Below, piece by piece: positions 9,177-20,103 of a DNA stretch of 50,978 nt. How positions within the stretch are numbered: the first letter of the stretch is position 1; every line of letters starts with the position of its first letter. This DNA is from a virus. Taxonomy: Duplodnaviria; Caudoviricetes. The stretch covers positions 1 through 50,978 of the IMG/VR virus record IMGVR_UViG_3300010401_000014, one strand, 5' to 3'. Under the pieces are notes generated by a model that had not been told where the DNA came from, searched no databases, and saw only the letters and a program-made list of their open reading frames with translations. Made by a program: the position numbers and the translations under genes.

Positions 9177-9758
9177 TTAACTTCTTGATATTTCGAACCA
9201 GATTTTATAAGTTAAAATTTCTGTTACTGGAGTATCTGGTGAAGTATCTACTGTAATATCTAATTGTTTATCAGATATCCAAACAACTGAATTAACTGTT
9301 AAAAATGGATCGTCATCCCATTCCTGAGTTATATTATTGAATCTTACTGCTCTAACAGAGTCTACAGGAGTTTCCAGAAAACCGCCACCTAGCAGCGACA
9401 CGGCGAGGTCCGAGCTACCGGCGGGAATTGCTTGCGGCGCCGCCTCACGAAGCGCCAGAGCGTCGAACGGACCGGAGCCTAGAGAGAGCACTGGCCCAGC
9501 GCTCGCGCCCCTCCTGCCAGGCGGTGGGAGGCTGACGATCGCCCGCTGCTGGCTACCCTGAATCCTTGCAATATTTACTGATGTTCCTGGTGCATAACTT
9601 CTACTACCTTGTCCAGCAGAAGCACGGAATAATTTATTACACCCTAAACCCTTGATTAACCAAATTCCACCACCTAAGTATCTCCTAATGATACCTTTTT
9701 CTAGGTCTGCTTTTCTTGCACTCTCATTGCTAAGAGCTTGCTTAAGATTTCTAGCCAT
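9177..9758 (-). CDS. Tail-tip protein, probable C-terminal Ig/IPT-like domain
   Basis: Position; P..IPAG...VSLLGGGF...VNSVVWISDKQLDITV pattern. Confidence 0.5.
   Translation of the reverse strand: MARNLKQALSNESARKADLEKGIIRRYLGGGIWLIKGLGCNKLFRASAGQGSRSYAPGTSVNIARIQGSQQRAIVSLPPPGRRGASAGPVLSLGSGPFDALALREAAPQAIPAGSSDLAVSLLGGGFLETPVDSVRAVRFNNITQEWDDDPFLTVNSVVWISDKQLDITVDTSPDTPVTEILTYKIWFEISRS
9385..9560. other. GC-rich island A with core GCTT-N8-GGCGCCGCWWGC (minus strand, 9430-9453)
   Basis: Hand count about 71% GC over 9391-9550 in an AT-rich gene. Confidence 0.8.
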
Positions 9759-12001
9759 TATATTGTATAGATTCTACCTGAAACTTTAGTAACGATTGTA
9801 CTGCCAATTCCATTCCATGAGCCACTTACGTTCCTTACAAATACATGCTCATTGATTCCAGTGCGCCTTAAATGTAATCTTACTTTCTTTCCACAATCTA
9901 TTGGGATGTTAAATGGAATAGAAAAACTAGCTGGCAATGCAGAGCTTTCTCTTAATTCGCTAATTGCTAATAGTTGAGCGTTTTCCTCTGATTCAACTAA
10001 TGAATTCTGTAACTCTTTTTCGTACTCCGGATGCGAGTCTAATAAAACTGGAGCAGCTATTGTAAACTCAAATGACTGTACTTTTAGATTCTTACCTTCT
10101 CCATTTTTAAAAGTTGCAAATGGTAAGAATCCGTCACTATCTTGAGTTTCATCTTTAGATCTAGGTGGAGTAGTAGAATAATCTACAGTTGTTTTAATAG
10201 TTTGCAATCCGGTTTGTTCATCTGCTGAATAGATATTTATTTCTTTAGATTCAAAGTTTTCTTCTGCCAGTATTAATCCGTCTATTCCGTAAGCTAAGAC
10301 TGCTGATAAAGGTTTTTCATCTACATATTTACTATAAAATGGCCCATTGTAAAAATATGATCCACCTGGAACGATTCTAGTTTTATATTGAAACTTTCTA
10401 TCTCTAGTGATATAACCATCGTCTCTAATATCATTAACCATTAAATCAAATTGCAAGTAACCTTGACCAGTGCCGGCCGCTTCTGTATGCCCTGACTTTT
10501 CTCCGAAGTATTCTTCTATAGTATGAGTATCAGAAACACCGTCACCGCCACCAGTAACCTTTTTATTAGTAATGAAATTAGTCTGCTCCCACGGTAATGT
10601 AGGATCTGATATATTTGTTTTAATTGCAGACTTGAGTAATTGATAGCCACTATATAAAACTCTATTTCTGTAATTAGAAGCAACTGGTGGATACAACCAT
10701 CCTCCGTCAAATGCCAAACCTTGATCCGCTGAAAAATCTGTATATGTAGTAACTTCACTAGTTTGAATAAACTTTTCTTCTGGCCAATAATATAATTCAG
10801 AAGATATATTAGGGGCAGATTGATCCATGAAATAACCAAAATTCCATCCTACAATTGTTCCAGATAAATCACCATCAACTCTATATCTCCACGTTCTAAG
10901 ATTTTTCCATTCCCATGTAATTAGCTTTTCACAAATTACAGTTTCACAATCATATGTTAATATTTTTCTAACTATCTTTCTTGTTCTACGAATAACTGGT
11001 AATGGCGCTCCATATGGATTAATTCCACCGCCTGTATCCTGAGAATATAATGCACTTAATGGGGCAAAATCATCTTCAAGAATATAATCAGTTGATACGT
11101 TTTTTAGTCCACAATCATCGATAAATGCAGTTTCTCCAGTAACTAATATAGATGTAGGTACTTCTCCACCATCTGATTCTAAAGTAGCATCATCGACTTC
11201 TAAAATATTAAAATCATGAAAATACTGAGACTGAGGTATATTAGGATCATATCCTTTTTCTATCAGTCTAACATTGTTTTCCTTATCAAAATATAATATC
11301 TTAGCAATTGAATCAGCTTGATTTCTACATTCTTGTAATCCGGGTTGACATACTATATCTATAGGTTTATTTCTCTTTATAGTGCCGTCGCTTATAGTTA
11401 CGTTATTTATTCCAAGTAGATCAAGAATTTCTTTAATAACCTTCTGTGGAGTCTTTCCATGTCCTGTGTCTAAAGTATAATCAACTTTCTTAGTTTCATA
11501 TCTATATTCAGGACCTAAAACGCTTATTGTCATTACTGCTTGTTTACTATTAATCCTTGAACTAGAATGATCTGCAACTGCTCCAGAAATTATTTTGCTC
11601 CAACGTGGAATTCCACCTGAAACATAAGCGCCCCATAAAGTAATTTGACGCATTCCTGGCGGCGGACCTTTCCACTGAATCTCATTTCCAAATGGTGGAT
11701 TTTTTCTATCTACTGTTAAAGTTATTTTAGCTCCACCTTCAATATCTCTTTCCCATGAAATGCCATCTGTAAGCTGTGCCGGCTTAATTAATCCATATCC
11801 TTCTATTTCTAAAGCTAGAGAAACTATCTGAGGAACAACTCCAGTAGGATTTACAGATTGATAGTAATATGGATCAAAATTAACTACTCCACCTAATTCA
11901 TATGAATCATCATTTTCTGCTAAATATACCTTTCCTTCAAGATCCTGCAACGGACCTTCTTGTGAGATTCTAACAGAACCTAACAATTCAGAGATTATCA
12001 T
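9758..12001 (-). CDS. Tail hub/tip protein (Tal-like)
   Basis: 747 aa downstream of TMP; hub-like ends (EILDLLGI..ILYFDKENNVRL; IPFNIPIDCGKKVRL). Confidence 0.6.
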   Translation of the reverse strand: MIISELLGSVRISQEGPLQDLEGKVYLAENDDSYELGGVVNFDPYYYQSVNPTGVVPQIVSLALEIEGYGLIKPAQLTDGISWERDIEGGAKITLTVDRKNPPFGNEIQWKGPPPGMRQITLWGAYVSGGIPRWSKIISGAVADHSSSRINSKQAVMTISVLGPEYRYETKKVDYTLDTGHGKTPQKVIKEILDLLGINNVTISDGTIKRNKPIDIVCQPGLQECRNQADSIAKILYFDKENNVRLIEKGYDPNIPQSQYFHDFNILEVDDATLESDGGEVPTSILVTGETAFIDDCGLKNVSTDYILEDDFAPLSALYSQDTGGGINPYGAPLPVIRRTRKIVRKILTYDCETVICEKLITWEWKNLRTWRYRVDGDLSGTIVGWNFGYFMDQSAPNISSELYYWPEEKFIQTSEVTTYTDFSADQGLAFDGGWLYPPVASNYRNRVLYSGYQLLKSAIKTNISDPTLPWEQTNFITNKKVTGGGDGVSDTHTIEEYFGEKSGHTEAAGTGQGYLQFDLMVNDIRDDGYITRDRKFQYKTRIVPGGSYFYNGPFYSKYVDEKPLSAVLAYGIDGLILAEENFESKEINIYSADEQTGLQTIKTTVDYSTTPPRSKDETQDSDGFLPFATFKNGEGKNLKVQSFEFTIAAPVLLDSHPEYEKELQNSLVESEENAQLLAISELRESSALPASFSIPFNIPIDCGKKVRLHLRRTGINEHVFVRNVSGSWNGIGSTIVTKVSGRIYTI

Positions 12002-12699
12002 GGAACTGTAATATTATAGTTTCTATTTGGAAGATGTTCTTCCATTGACAAGCCCATCACGTATTCGTCTGTATCTGGAATTTCTTCATTAAGTGATACT
12101 TTGCAAATATAAAACTTGGGTGGATAAAAGAATCTAAGATACGTACCAGCTATACCGTCTGGTGTAATAATAGACGATGATTCTATATCAGGCAAAACTT
12201 TAACCTCACCAGCACCAGGATCTCCAGCTTGTATAATATCTTGTGGAATATTATCAATAAAGGCCTTTGGCAGGTAATCACTAGTAGGATCATTAATATC
12301 AATTAAATCATAGGCTGTATTTCTAGATGTTTGCCAAACTGTTTGACCGGCAGCTTTAGCTGGAATATACCAAATATCCTCTAGCCAAATACCTGCAAAA
12401 AAAGATTGTGGCGAAAAAGAACAAAGGCTCCCAAATCTCTGTAAAGCAAAACATTCATCTTCTGCGTCAGGTTGAAAATCAATTTCAATTGGCATTTTCA
12501 TTAAGTTAATAGGAGCATCACCGCCAAACCAAAATGGCTGATGAATACTTGTACCTGCTAAAGTTGTTAATGAATTTGCTTGACCTTCCCTAGGATATCT
12601 AATTCTGGCTGGATTATCATAAACAATTTCAGTACCTCCAATAAATAAACGTCTAAAAAACGCAACACTCCATTGTGACCATCCAGATAAATTATTCAT
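11998..12699 (-). CDS. Putative distal tail protein
   Basis: Size and synteny between TMP region and hub gene. Confidence 0.45.
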   Translation of the reverse strand: MNNLSGWSQWSVAFFRRLFIGGTEIVYDNPARIRYPREGQANSLTTLAGTSIHQPFWFGGDAPINLMKMPIEIDFQPDAEDECFALQRFGSLCSFSPQSFFAGIWLEDIWYIPAKAAGQTVWQTSRNTAYDLIDINDPTSDYLPKAFIDNIPQDIIQAGDPGAGEVKVLPDIESSSIITPDGIAGTYLRFFYPPKFYICKVSLNEEIPDTDEYVMGLSMEEHLPNRNYNITVP

Positions 12700-13604
12700 A
12701 GTTTCTGACGCCTAAAATCTAATGAACTGCTAAGAATTGCATTTTCAACACGTGCAAGACTTTTAACAATTCTTTCATTACCTACATTAACAGCTCTTGT
12801 AATTGTATCTAAAGATTTACCACCCGAAACATCTGGAGGTACATAAGATCCTAAATTAGGCTGACTATAATCTATTCCAGGAGCATTTAATCTTGGATTT
12901 GCATTACTAATTCTAGATCCACCTCCAGAAGTGGTAGAGGATTTTACACCACCTGATCCGCTTCCACTAGATGAATAACTAGGTAATGTATCTGGAAGTG
13001 GAATAAATCCAGGAATAGTTACATTACTTCTAACTAGTAAATCGTGTACTGATACAACTTGATCGTAAGAAGGAAAAGCTAATTCAAAATCAGGAGAACT
13101 AACTTTTCCACCATTGTCACCAAAAGATTTTATCCATGCGCTAAGCCATAATCTACTATTTGTAGGTAATCCTAAATCCTCTAAAGCTTTTCTGCCTATC
13201 TTTTGTAAATCACCTAATCTAATCCCACCGCTGGTAGCTCTACCAGGCGCAGCTGTTGGATATTTTCTTGGTTGTCTTAATTGATGACTTCCACCAAATG
13301 AATCTCCAGCATCAGTATCAATTCCACCACCAAATGGTCCTGCTGGAGTCGTTCCAAATGGTGAAGATCCACCAGGTACAGGAGCAGGCGGTCCAAATGG
13401 TTCGCCTTTTTCATTTAATATTACTGATTGATTGCTGTGGCTAGGTTTCTTTTTTCTAACTTTATTAGTAATATCAGAAGCTTGGAGTCCTAATTCTTTT
13501 AATTTGTTAACTTCAGTAACTAGTCCTGCAGTTTCCTCTTTTAGATCCCTCATATGGATCTTGCTAGCATTTATATCTTCTCTAGTTTCTCTAAAAAATG
13601 ACAT
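12696..13604 (-). CDS. Gly/Ser/Pro-rich tail-associated protein
   Basis: Probable start MSFFRETRE; low complexity; C-terminus resembles TMP C-termini. Confidence 0.55.
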   Translation of the reverse strand: MSFFRETREDINASKIHMRDLKEETAGLVTEVNKLKELGLQASDITNKVRKKKPSHSNQSVILNEKGEPFGPPAPVPGGSSPFGTTPAGPFGGGIDTDAGDSFGGSHQLRQPRKYPTAAPGRATSGGIRLGDLQKIGRKALEDLGLPTNSRLWLSAWIKSFGDNGGKVSSPDFELAFPSYDQVVSVHDLLVRSNVTIPGFIPLPDTLPSYSSSGSGSGGVKSSTTSGGGSRISNANPRLNAPGIDYSQPNLGSYVPPDVSGGKSLDTITRAVNVGNERIVKSLARVENAILSSSLDFRRQKL

Positions 13605-13779
13605 CTTCTGCCAGCCATTCCGGAGTAATGTTAACTTTATCTGATGATGTAGATTTGTTATCAGAAACAACAGAATGATATATTATAGAAGTATCACCCT
13701 GCATAGATTGTAAATCTGAAACAATAAGCTTCAAATCATCCCTAATTTCTTCCATTAGATCAGATAATGATTCAGACAT
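13591..13779 (-). CDS. Small acidic protein directly after TMP
   Basis: ATG 1 nt after the TMP stop; overlaps the next ORF. Confidence 0.6.
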   Translation of the reverse strand: MSESLSDLMEEIRDDLKLIVSDLQSMQGDTSIIYHSVVSDNKSTSSDKVNITPEWLAEDVIF

Positions 13780-13780
13780 T

Positions 13781-16700
13781 TTATACGGGAGTGCCTATTG
13801 TTTGCTCTGTACCTTTAATAATATCTTTCCATTTCTGAGTTTCTATTTGTGCTTTAGGTAACCAATTTTCAACTATATCTTTTAATACATCCCTAGACGT
13901 TTCAAATTGAGTAGTAACACCTTTCATTGATTCTTCCATTTTAGGTCCTGCATCTTTAACCTTTTTAGAAGAATCTTCTACTACATTTCCAAACCTATCT
14001 ACTTGAACTATAGTATCACTATATTCTTGATTTGTAGTAGTAATTACAGCATTAAATTCATCTTGTCTATCTGATAACCCGGCTATTGCATCTTTATTCT
14101 TTTCAAACGCCGTTGCTTGTTCAGTGTTAACGTCTGAACTTATCTGTATAGAATCACTTAATTCATCAGTTGTATTTTTTAATATTCTAGTCGTATCTGT
14201 AATAGGTTCTAATTGCTGTCTTGCTTTATTAGTGGCATCAGCTAATTCGGATAATCCAGATGCTGATTTTCCAACCGATTCTGTGACTTGATCTTGAGAT
14301 TCTACTAGCTTGTCACTTCCTACTACATATTCATCTTGTCTACTATTAACTTCTGCAATAATATCGCCTTGGCGTTTTACAGTAGATTGCAATTCACCAA
14401 TACTTAATGTTCCACTACTAGCAGCAGCTCTTAATTGATCGTATTCATTTTTTAACTCATCTATTGATTTAGAAGAATCATCAGTTTGACTTCTTAAACC
14501 TTGTAAGACTCCATTTTGCTCAACCCATATATCTGATAATTCACCGGCTGTTTTTTTTACTTCATCTATAGATGCTACCGCTTGAGTGTTATCTACAGCA
14601 GTAGAAGGTTTATCTTCTCCAGTTTTACTCTTATTAGATGAATCAATTTCTTTCTGCGCATCAAGAATTTGAGCTCTTAACTTATCCGTTAATGTAGCCG
14701 TAGCACTTAAAGAAGCAACAAATCCATTAATATCTACGCCTGATTGTTTGAATATCTCAGAAAGTTTTTTTCCAAAGTCCTCTAAATCTAACTCGCTCAC
14801 TTTGCTATGAGTAGCTAATTCATCAAATCCTTGTACTAGCGAAATAAAAGCTTGTTGAGCAGCCGGAGAAAGCCTTGCTACACCTTCAATCAATTTATCA
14901 TTCTTAAGGATTAATTCTTCAAAAGCTTTACCTATATCTTGTTTAGCACTATCAAAAACTTCTCTTATTGCGTCTCCGGCGTTTTGTTGTCTTTGAAGCA
15001 ATTCACCTGATAGTTGATTAAATCTATTCAATTCTTCAATATTTAATGGTCCTTCGTTAGACTTTTTCTGTAAGTCAGCAAATTCTTCTTTAAGTTTCTT
15101 TAAATCATCAGCAGCGCCATATATGTCTTGGCCTGAAATTTTTTCCTTAAGCTGATCGAAGATTTTACCTATCTCGTCTGACAAACCTTCAAATGCTCTA
15201 GCGGTTTCTTTCCTAAGTTTTTCAGCTTCTTTTGCAGCCTCTGTAGTAAACTTAGAATATTTACTTTGTACAGATTCTAGAGATTTTTCTAAATCTACAA
15301 ATGCTTCACGCTGACCTTGAGGAAGTTTTCTTATTGCTTCAAGAATATCTTTAATAGATTTAACAATTAAATCAGCTTGCTCTCTTGTAATCTTTCCAGA
15401 ATCTTTAAACGTATCAAGATATTCATTTAAAGCATCTATTGATGTATGAATATATTCAGGAGATTTGATTCCAAGCTCTTTTAGTTGAGCATTTAATTGA
15501 CCGGCAGCTAAAGCGGCAGGTGTGAACCTTTGTTCAAGTGCTCCGATTTGTGTTGCTAATTCTCCAGTAAATAAACCAGCTTGCTTAGCGTCAATCTTAA
15601 TTTCTTCTAGTCTAGTTGCATATTGAGTTTGCGCTACTATATCAACAGACCATGTTTTTTTAGTCTGTTGTTCAATATCAGTTAAACCATCCTCTACTTC
15701 ATTTAAAGCTTTAGCAAGTTGTCCTACTTTTCCTTTAGATTTATCTAAATCCTGATTAAATCCTTCAAGATCAGAAGATCCTCTATTCCTTAATTTCTCT
15801 AAAGCTTTTTGTACTTCATCAACCGCTTTAGCTGCACGGGTATTATGTTCTACGGCAACATCGCCAGCAGTTTTTGTTGCGCCAATCCAAAGCTTAATAC
15901 TTTCAATAACTTCATTTATATTTTCTTTATGAGTTTGATAAGCTTGTAATACTTTTTGTCCAGCACTTTCGCTAAATACACTTATAATCTTTGCAGCTAC
16001 TTCGGTTAATACTTCCTGAGTTTTAGATATTTCAGAAATCCCAGCTTCTAAAGAAGCACCAATAATCTTTCCAGGATCTAAAGTTGTTATACCAATTAAA
16101 ATATCTACAACCGATTTCAATGCTACTGCAATTTGATGTGCATCTTCTGTAATTTCATTTAAATCTGTACCTTCCTTTAATTCTGTTAATTCTCTAATTA
16201 AGTCAATAACTACTGGAAGTAACCCATCGCCAATTGCTTTCTTTAGGTCTAATACAGTATTAGAAAACCTTCCAAATTCAGCACGTCCAGAACTGACATT
16301 TGCAATAGCTGCGCCAGAAAAAGTTTTAAGAAGCTCTTCTGCAATCTTTGGAACAACATCTTTAGATAAAAGAGAACCGCTTCTTAAAAGTTTTTCTAAC
16401 TCAGCATTAGAAACTCCAATGGCGCGAGCTGTAAGAGAAAACGCACCAGGAAGATTGTTACCTAACTGTCTACGAATTTCTTCTGCTGATAGAACTCCCT
16501 TAGAAAGAATTTGTTCAAATGCCGTAATTGTCCTATTTAATTGACTAGTAGACTGATTTAAAGCAGCAGAAGAAACGATAATCGAATTAAAGATAGCATC
16601 TGTAGACTCTGCTGTTAAATTAGCAGCGTCACCAGCAATTCTAAATCTAAGATAATTCTCTGTTACATCTAAAAACTTCTTACCAAATGTATCGGCAGTA

Positions 16701-17836
16701 TCTCGTAATCTTCCTAATACTCTATCGGCTTCTCCAGAATCTCCGATAATAGCAACAAACGAATTATGTAAAGCTTCTAATTCAGTTGAAGCCTCTACCG
16801 ATACAGTAGCTACATCTTTTATTTCTCTAAATATTCTAGAAAATATTACAGCCTTTATTACATTACTAAGACTAAATAACGAATCAGTAAAACTTTTAAC
16901 AGGAGTCTTAGAAGACTCTATATTTTTTGAAGCATCTTGTATTGATTTTGCTGCTGCTTTTGCGGCTTTATCAGCTTCTTTTTGAAATTTATTAAGATCA
17001 CTATTAACTGATGTTAAGGAGCCATTTACAGCATTTCTTAAAGTTTGAAATCTTTGAGCTACTTCTGGAGTATTCTTAGCTATGCTAACTATCTTAGGAG
17101 CTATAACATCTAATTGTCTTGATATTTCAACATATCCAGACTTGCTTTCCAGTAATCCTTCTTTAGACTTTACAGCAGCAACTCTTAACTGTAATAGTAT
17201 ACTTTCAAGACCACCTAATTTATTAGATAAAGATGTAGCTGTACTTTCCGAACCCTCTTTTAATGTTTTTAATTCTCTAGTTACAAGAGATAGCGATGCT
17301 CTTGCATTAGATCCAAAGTTATTATAAAGTCTTAGTAATCCATCTATATGAGAACCTTCTTGCTCAACTTCTGAACCAAGAGATTTGTACTGATTTAATA
17401 ATCCCTGTATTTCTGTTCTAGCCTTAGAATAATCTCCAGCTTCTCTAGATTTATTTACAGATACAATGGTTTGAAGTAAAGAATTATTTAACTCACCTAT
17501 TTTCTGAACTAGAGGATTTAGCTCAAATGATGCCTTTTCCGCAAAAGCAGAAAATCTTATTCCAAGTCTATCTGATTTTTCAATTAATGAGTCTAGCTGT
17601 TTTTGAAAGTCTGCTGATATTCCTACTTTTAAAGCTTTAGATGCATTTAACTGTAAATCGGATAATATTTTATTAGCTAAACTTAATTGACCTATAACCT
17701 TTTCAATATCAATCTTTAATGTAGTTTCTTTACCAGTTTCAGATTCAAATGTTTTAATTAAAGATAAAGCTTGCCCTAGCTTACTAACTAAGTCGTCAGT
17801 AACAGCTTTATACTCTAGAATTGTCGGTTCAGGCAT
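13781..17836 (-). CDS. Tail tape measure protein
   Basis: 1351-aa helical protein; tape-measure motif AFEQILSKGVLSAEEIRRQLGNNLPGA. Confidence 0.92.
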   Translation of the reverse strand: MPEPTILEYKAVTDDLVSKLGQALSLIKTFESETGKETTLKIDIEKVIGQLSLANKILSDLQLNASKALKVGISADFQKQLDSLIEKSDRLGIRFSAFAEKASFELNPLVQKIGELNNSLLQTIVSVNKSREAGDYSKARTEIQGLLNQYKSLGSEVEQEGSHIDGLLRLYNNFGSNARASLSLVTRELKTLKEGSESTATSLSNKLGGLESILLQLRVAAVKSKEGLLESKSGYVEISRQLDVIAPKIVSIAKNTPEVAQRFQTLRNAVNGSLTSVNSDLNKFQKEADKAAKAAAKSIQDASKNIESSKTPVKSFTDSLFSLSNVIKAVIFSRIFREIKDVATVSVEASTELEALHNSFVAIIGDSGEADRVLGRLRDTADTFGKKFLDVTENYLRFRIAGDAANLTAESTDAIFNSIIVSSAALNQSTSQLNRTITAFEQILSKGVLSAEEIRRQLGNNLPGAFSLTARAIGVSNAELEKLLRSGSLLSKDVVPKIAEELLKTFSGAAIANVSSGRAEFGRFSNTVLDLKKAIGDGLLPVVIDLIRELTELKEGTDLNEITEDAHQIAVALKSVVDILIGITTLDPGKIIGASLEAGISEISKTQEVLTEVAAKIISVFSESAGQKVLQAYQTHKENINEVIESIKLWIGATKTAGDVAVEHNTRAAKAVDEVQKALEKLRNRGSSDLEGFNQDLDKSKGKVGQLAKALNEVEDGLTDIEQQTKKTWSVDIVAQTQYATRLEEIKIDAKQAGLFTGELATQIGALEQRFTPAALAAGQLNAQLKELGIKSPEYIHTSIDALNEYLDTFKDSGKITREQADLIVKSIKDILEAIRKLPQGQREAFVDLEKSLESVQSKYSKFTTEAAKEAEKLRKETARAFEGLSDEIGKIFDQLKEKISGQDIYGAADDLKKLKEEFADLQKKSNEGPLNIEELNRFNQLSGELLQRQQNAGDAIREVFDSAKQDIGKAFEELILKNDKLIEGVARLSPAAQQAFISLVQGFDELATHSKVSELDLEDFGKKLSEIFKQSGVDINGFVASLSATATLTDKLRAQILDAQKEIDSSNKSKTGEDKPSTAVDNTQAVASIDEVKKTAGELSDIWVEQNGVLQGLRSQTDDSSKSIDELKNEYDQLRAAASSGTLSIGELQSTVKRQGDIIAEVNSRQDEYVVGSDKLVESQDQVTESVGKSASGLSELADATNKARQQLEPITDTTRILKNTTDELSDSIQISSDVNTEQATAFEKNKDAIAGLSDRQDEFNAVITTTNQEYSDTIVQVDRFGNVVEDSSKKVKDAGPKMEESMKGVTTQFETSRDVLKDIVENWLPKAQIETQKWKDIIKGTEQTIGTPV

Positions 17837-17872
17837 TACTTTTTCTTTATATCATAACTAGCTACGTAGGCC

Positions 17873-17905
17873 AAAAAAAGGGCCGAGGTAACTTGACCCC
17901 GGCCC
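17873..17905 (-). terminator. Rho-independent terminator after the major tail gene
   Basis: GGGCCGGGGT-CAAGTT-ACCTCGGCCC followed by T7 on the minus strand. Confidence 0.85.
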
Positions 17906-17940
17906 GGACCCATTCGGACACGCACCGACCACCGCAAAAT

Positions 17941-19287
17941 CTAAGCCGCTAATGATGCGATAGTATTGGTATTTAAAATAGTTAAATCATCTGGATAAGT
18001 AACATCACCTGATGGATGAGCAGTAAAGTTATAGTTTTCATCCATCGAGTCTTGACCACCAACCGATGGAGTTTTACCACCAAGAACGAAAAGACCGCAA
18101 ATTAGAGATAACTGGCCTTCATAACCACCTGCAATTACTTCACCATCAAAAGCGTCTACCTGCAACCATGCAGGATGAGCACGCTCTAAACGCTTGCGTA
18201 ATTCGACACTAATGTATTCACGCTTAATTGTTCCTGTAACTGTACGCTGCCCGCGAACCTTAACACGCTTAGCATGTCGTCCGCCAATTGCAAACTTAGG
18301 AGCAGCAGGCCGAGTTACGGTAAGATCGAAGGCGTCAATTTCAAATTCCTCAGCAGTAGCAAGAGTTTCGCCAAGTAGAATCTTTGCAAAGATTTCATTA
18401 AACTTAGGAACCGAAGGATATACAGGAGTCCAAACAGGACGTTCTCTCTGAATACTAAATTCCTGATTTACTACATAACTAGCTACAGCATCAACATGAA
18501 CTTCTACAGGAAGATCACGAGTGCCCATTCTTGTTCCAGTATTACTATCAATAATTTCATAGAATCTTGGGCGACCCTGAGAATCGTTTCCTACAGTGAC
18601 ATTAAATGAAGTTGCACCATATGCGCCTGTACCAAGCTTTGCGAGGAAAGTAATAATACTTCCTGCAATTACAGTAACTTTCAATCTTACTTGACCATCA
18701 GCAGCAGAAAGATTCCAATCATCATATTCAGGCAAGCCACGAATAAACGGGTAAGTTGGTTCTGCGCCACCTAAAACGTCAATTCTATCTGTATCATCCC
18801 AATATTCACCACGAGCAATCGCGGCGCCAATTTCACCAGTATAGAAACCTTCTGGCGCAAGAGAAAACTTCAACGAGTTAACACGAAAGTCAGTAGAAAT
18901 TTGTGGAATACCATCATCGCGTGATACTTCTACAGAAAGAGATTCCTTGAATGATACAGCAGTTTCTGATGGTGCAAGTTTGTGAACGTAAACACCTGGA
19001 GTAGGATTGGCAACAGAACCTTTTCTTTGAAGATTTGCAATGTATCTAGAATACATCTCAGAATCCCATTCAATAGGAATACCACCTGCAAAAGTAATCT
19101 TAGATGGTTGTCCAGCAGGAATCTGAGAATTTTTAGTAATTGATTTAGGTTGAATTAATCCATAATCTCCAGAAATAGCCTCTGAAACAATTTCATTATC
19201 GTGCCAGTTTGCTTCATCGGGAATACCCACTACGGTTTCCCATGCATGGCGCATTAACGCGTTGGCTGGATTAAAATCATTTGACAT
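17941..19287 (-). CDS. Major tail tube protein, probably with an inserted accessory domain
   Basis: Position before TMP; tube-like ends (GVYVHKLAP..SLSVEVSRDD; RVKVRGQRTVTGTI). Confidence 0.75.
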   Translation of the reverse strand: MSNDFNPANALMRHAWETVVGIPDEANWHDNEIVSEAISGDYGLIQPKSITKNSQIPAGQPSKITFAGGIPIEWDSEMYSRYIANLQRKGSVANPTPGVYVHKLAPSETAVSFKESLSVEVSRDDGIPQISTDFRVNSLKFSLAPEGFYTGEIGAAIARGEYWDDTDRIDVLGGAEPTYPFIRGLPEYDDWNLSAADGQVRLKVTVIAGSIITFLAKLGTGAYGATSFNVTVGNDSQGRPRFYEIIDSNTGTRMGTRDLPVEVHVDAVASYVVNQEFSIQRERPVWTPVYPSVPKFNEIFAKILLGETLATAEEFEIDAFDLTVTRPAAPKFAIGGRHAKRVKVRGQRTVTGTIKREYISVELRKRLERAHPAWLQVDAFDGEVIAGGYEGQLSLICGLFVLGGKTPSVGGQDSMDENYNFTAHPSGDVTYPDDLTILNTNTIASLAA

Positions 19288-19291
19288 TTAA

Positions 19292-19588
19292 TTATCCTTT
19301 CTTCTCTTCATCTTTATCTTTAATCACAGCCTTCTTTTCCTTAATCAGAGAAGCCTTAAATCCATAATGATTTCGCAGATCGTTGACTTCTGTTTCAGTG
19401 AGCATCATTTCTTTAATTGGATAATCTTGCTTTTGCTTAGCTTCTTCTTGATCTGGATCATTAAGTCGATTTAGATTAAAAACTTGACCAGTACCCATTA
19501 CTACTTTTCTAGATCCTGGATGATTTTCTGGAAGCCAAACCTTCCATCTTTGCTTTTCTTCTACCTTGACTTCTTCTTTGTCTGCCAT
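19292..19588 (-). CDS. Hypothetical charged protein
   Basis: 98 aa, AAGGA RBS. Confidence 0.65.
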   Translation of the reverse strand: MADKEEVKVEEKQRWKVWLPENHPGSRKVVMGTGQVFNLNRLNDPDQEEAKQKQDYPIKEMMLTETEVNDLRNHYGFKASLIKEKKAVIKDKDEEKKG

Positions 19589-19590
19589 GT

Positions 19591-20103
19591 TTACATCCTT
19601 TGTCTACTAATGAAATTAATATCAACTATATATTCTACATGGTATGCGGCGTATATTGTAACCTTATCATGTTCTGGCTTGCCACCATATGAAGATAATT
19701 CAAATCTATGTATTCTCTCAGTCTTTATAACTGCATCATCAATCTTTAAATGCGGATCAGATAGGAGTATTCGTTCAAATTCATCAACAACTGAAACAAT
19801 TGTTATATCGTCATCCTGTAATTCCAGGTATGGTTCCTCCCATACAAACAAAGATCCGCATACTACTGTTTTTCTTTGCCTTACATTCGCTCTAAACTCA
19901 GATGAAGTTGTCAATATCTGATTAAGAATATATGGAGTAGGAACACCTTCAATTGGTTCAAATGCAGATGATGATCTTAATATATGTCCATTTGTCCATT
20001 CGAGTAATGAATCACTAGATCGAATTAGCTTATTAAAAGCAACCCCAATATTATCAACTGGAGCTAAACTAAATACATTATTAATTAACCTATTATCATC
20101 CAT
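19591..20103 (-). CDS. Putative tail terminator / neck protein
   Basis: Synteny and size. Confidence 0.45.
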   Translation of the reverse strand: MDDNRLINNVFSLAPVDNIGVAFNKLIRSSDSLLEWTNGHILRSSSAFEPIEGVPTPYILNQILTTSSEFRANVRQRKTVVCGSLFVWEEPYLELQDDDITIVSVVDEFERILLSDPHLKIDDAVIKTERIHRFELSSYGGKPEHDKVTIYAAYHVEYIVDINFISRQRM

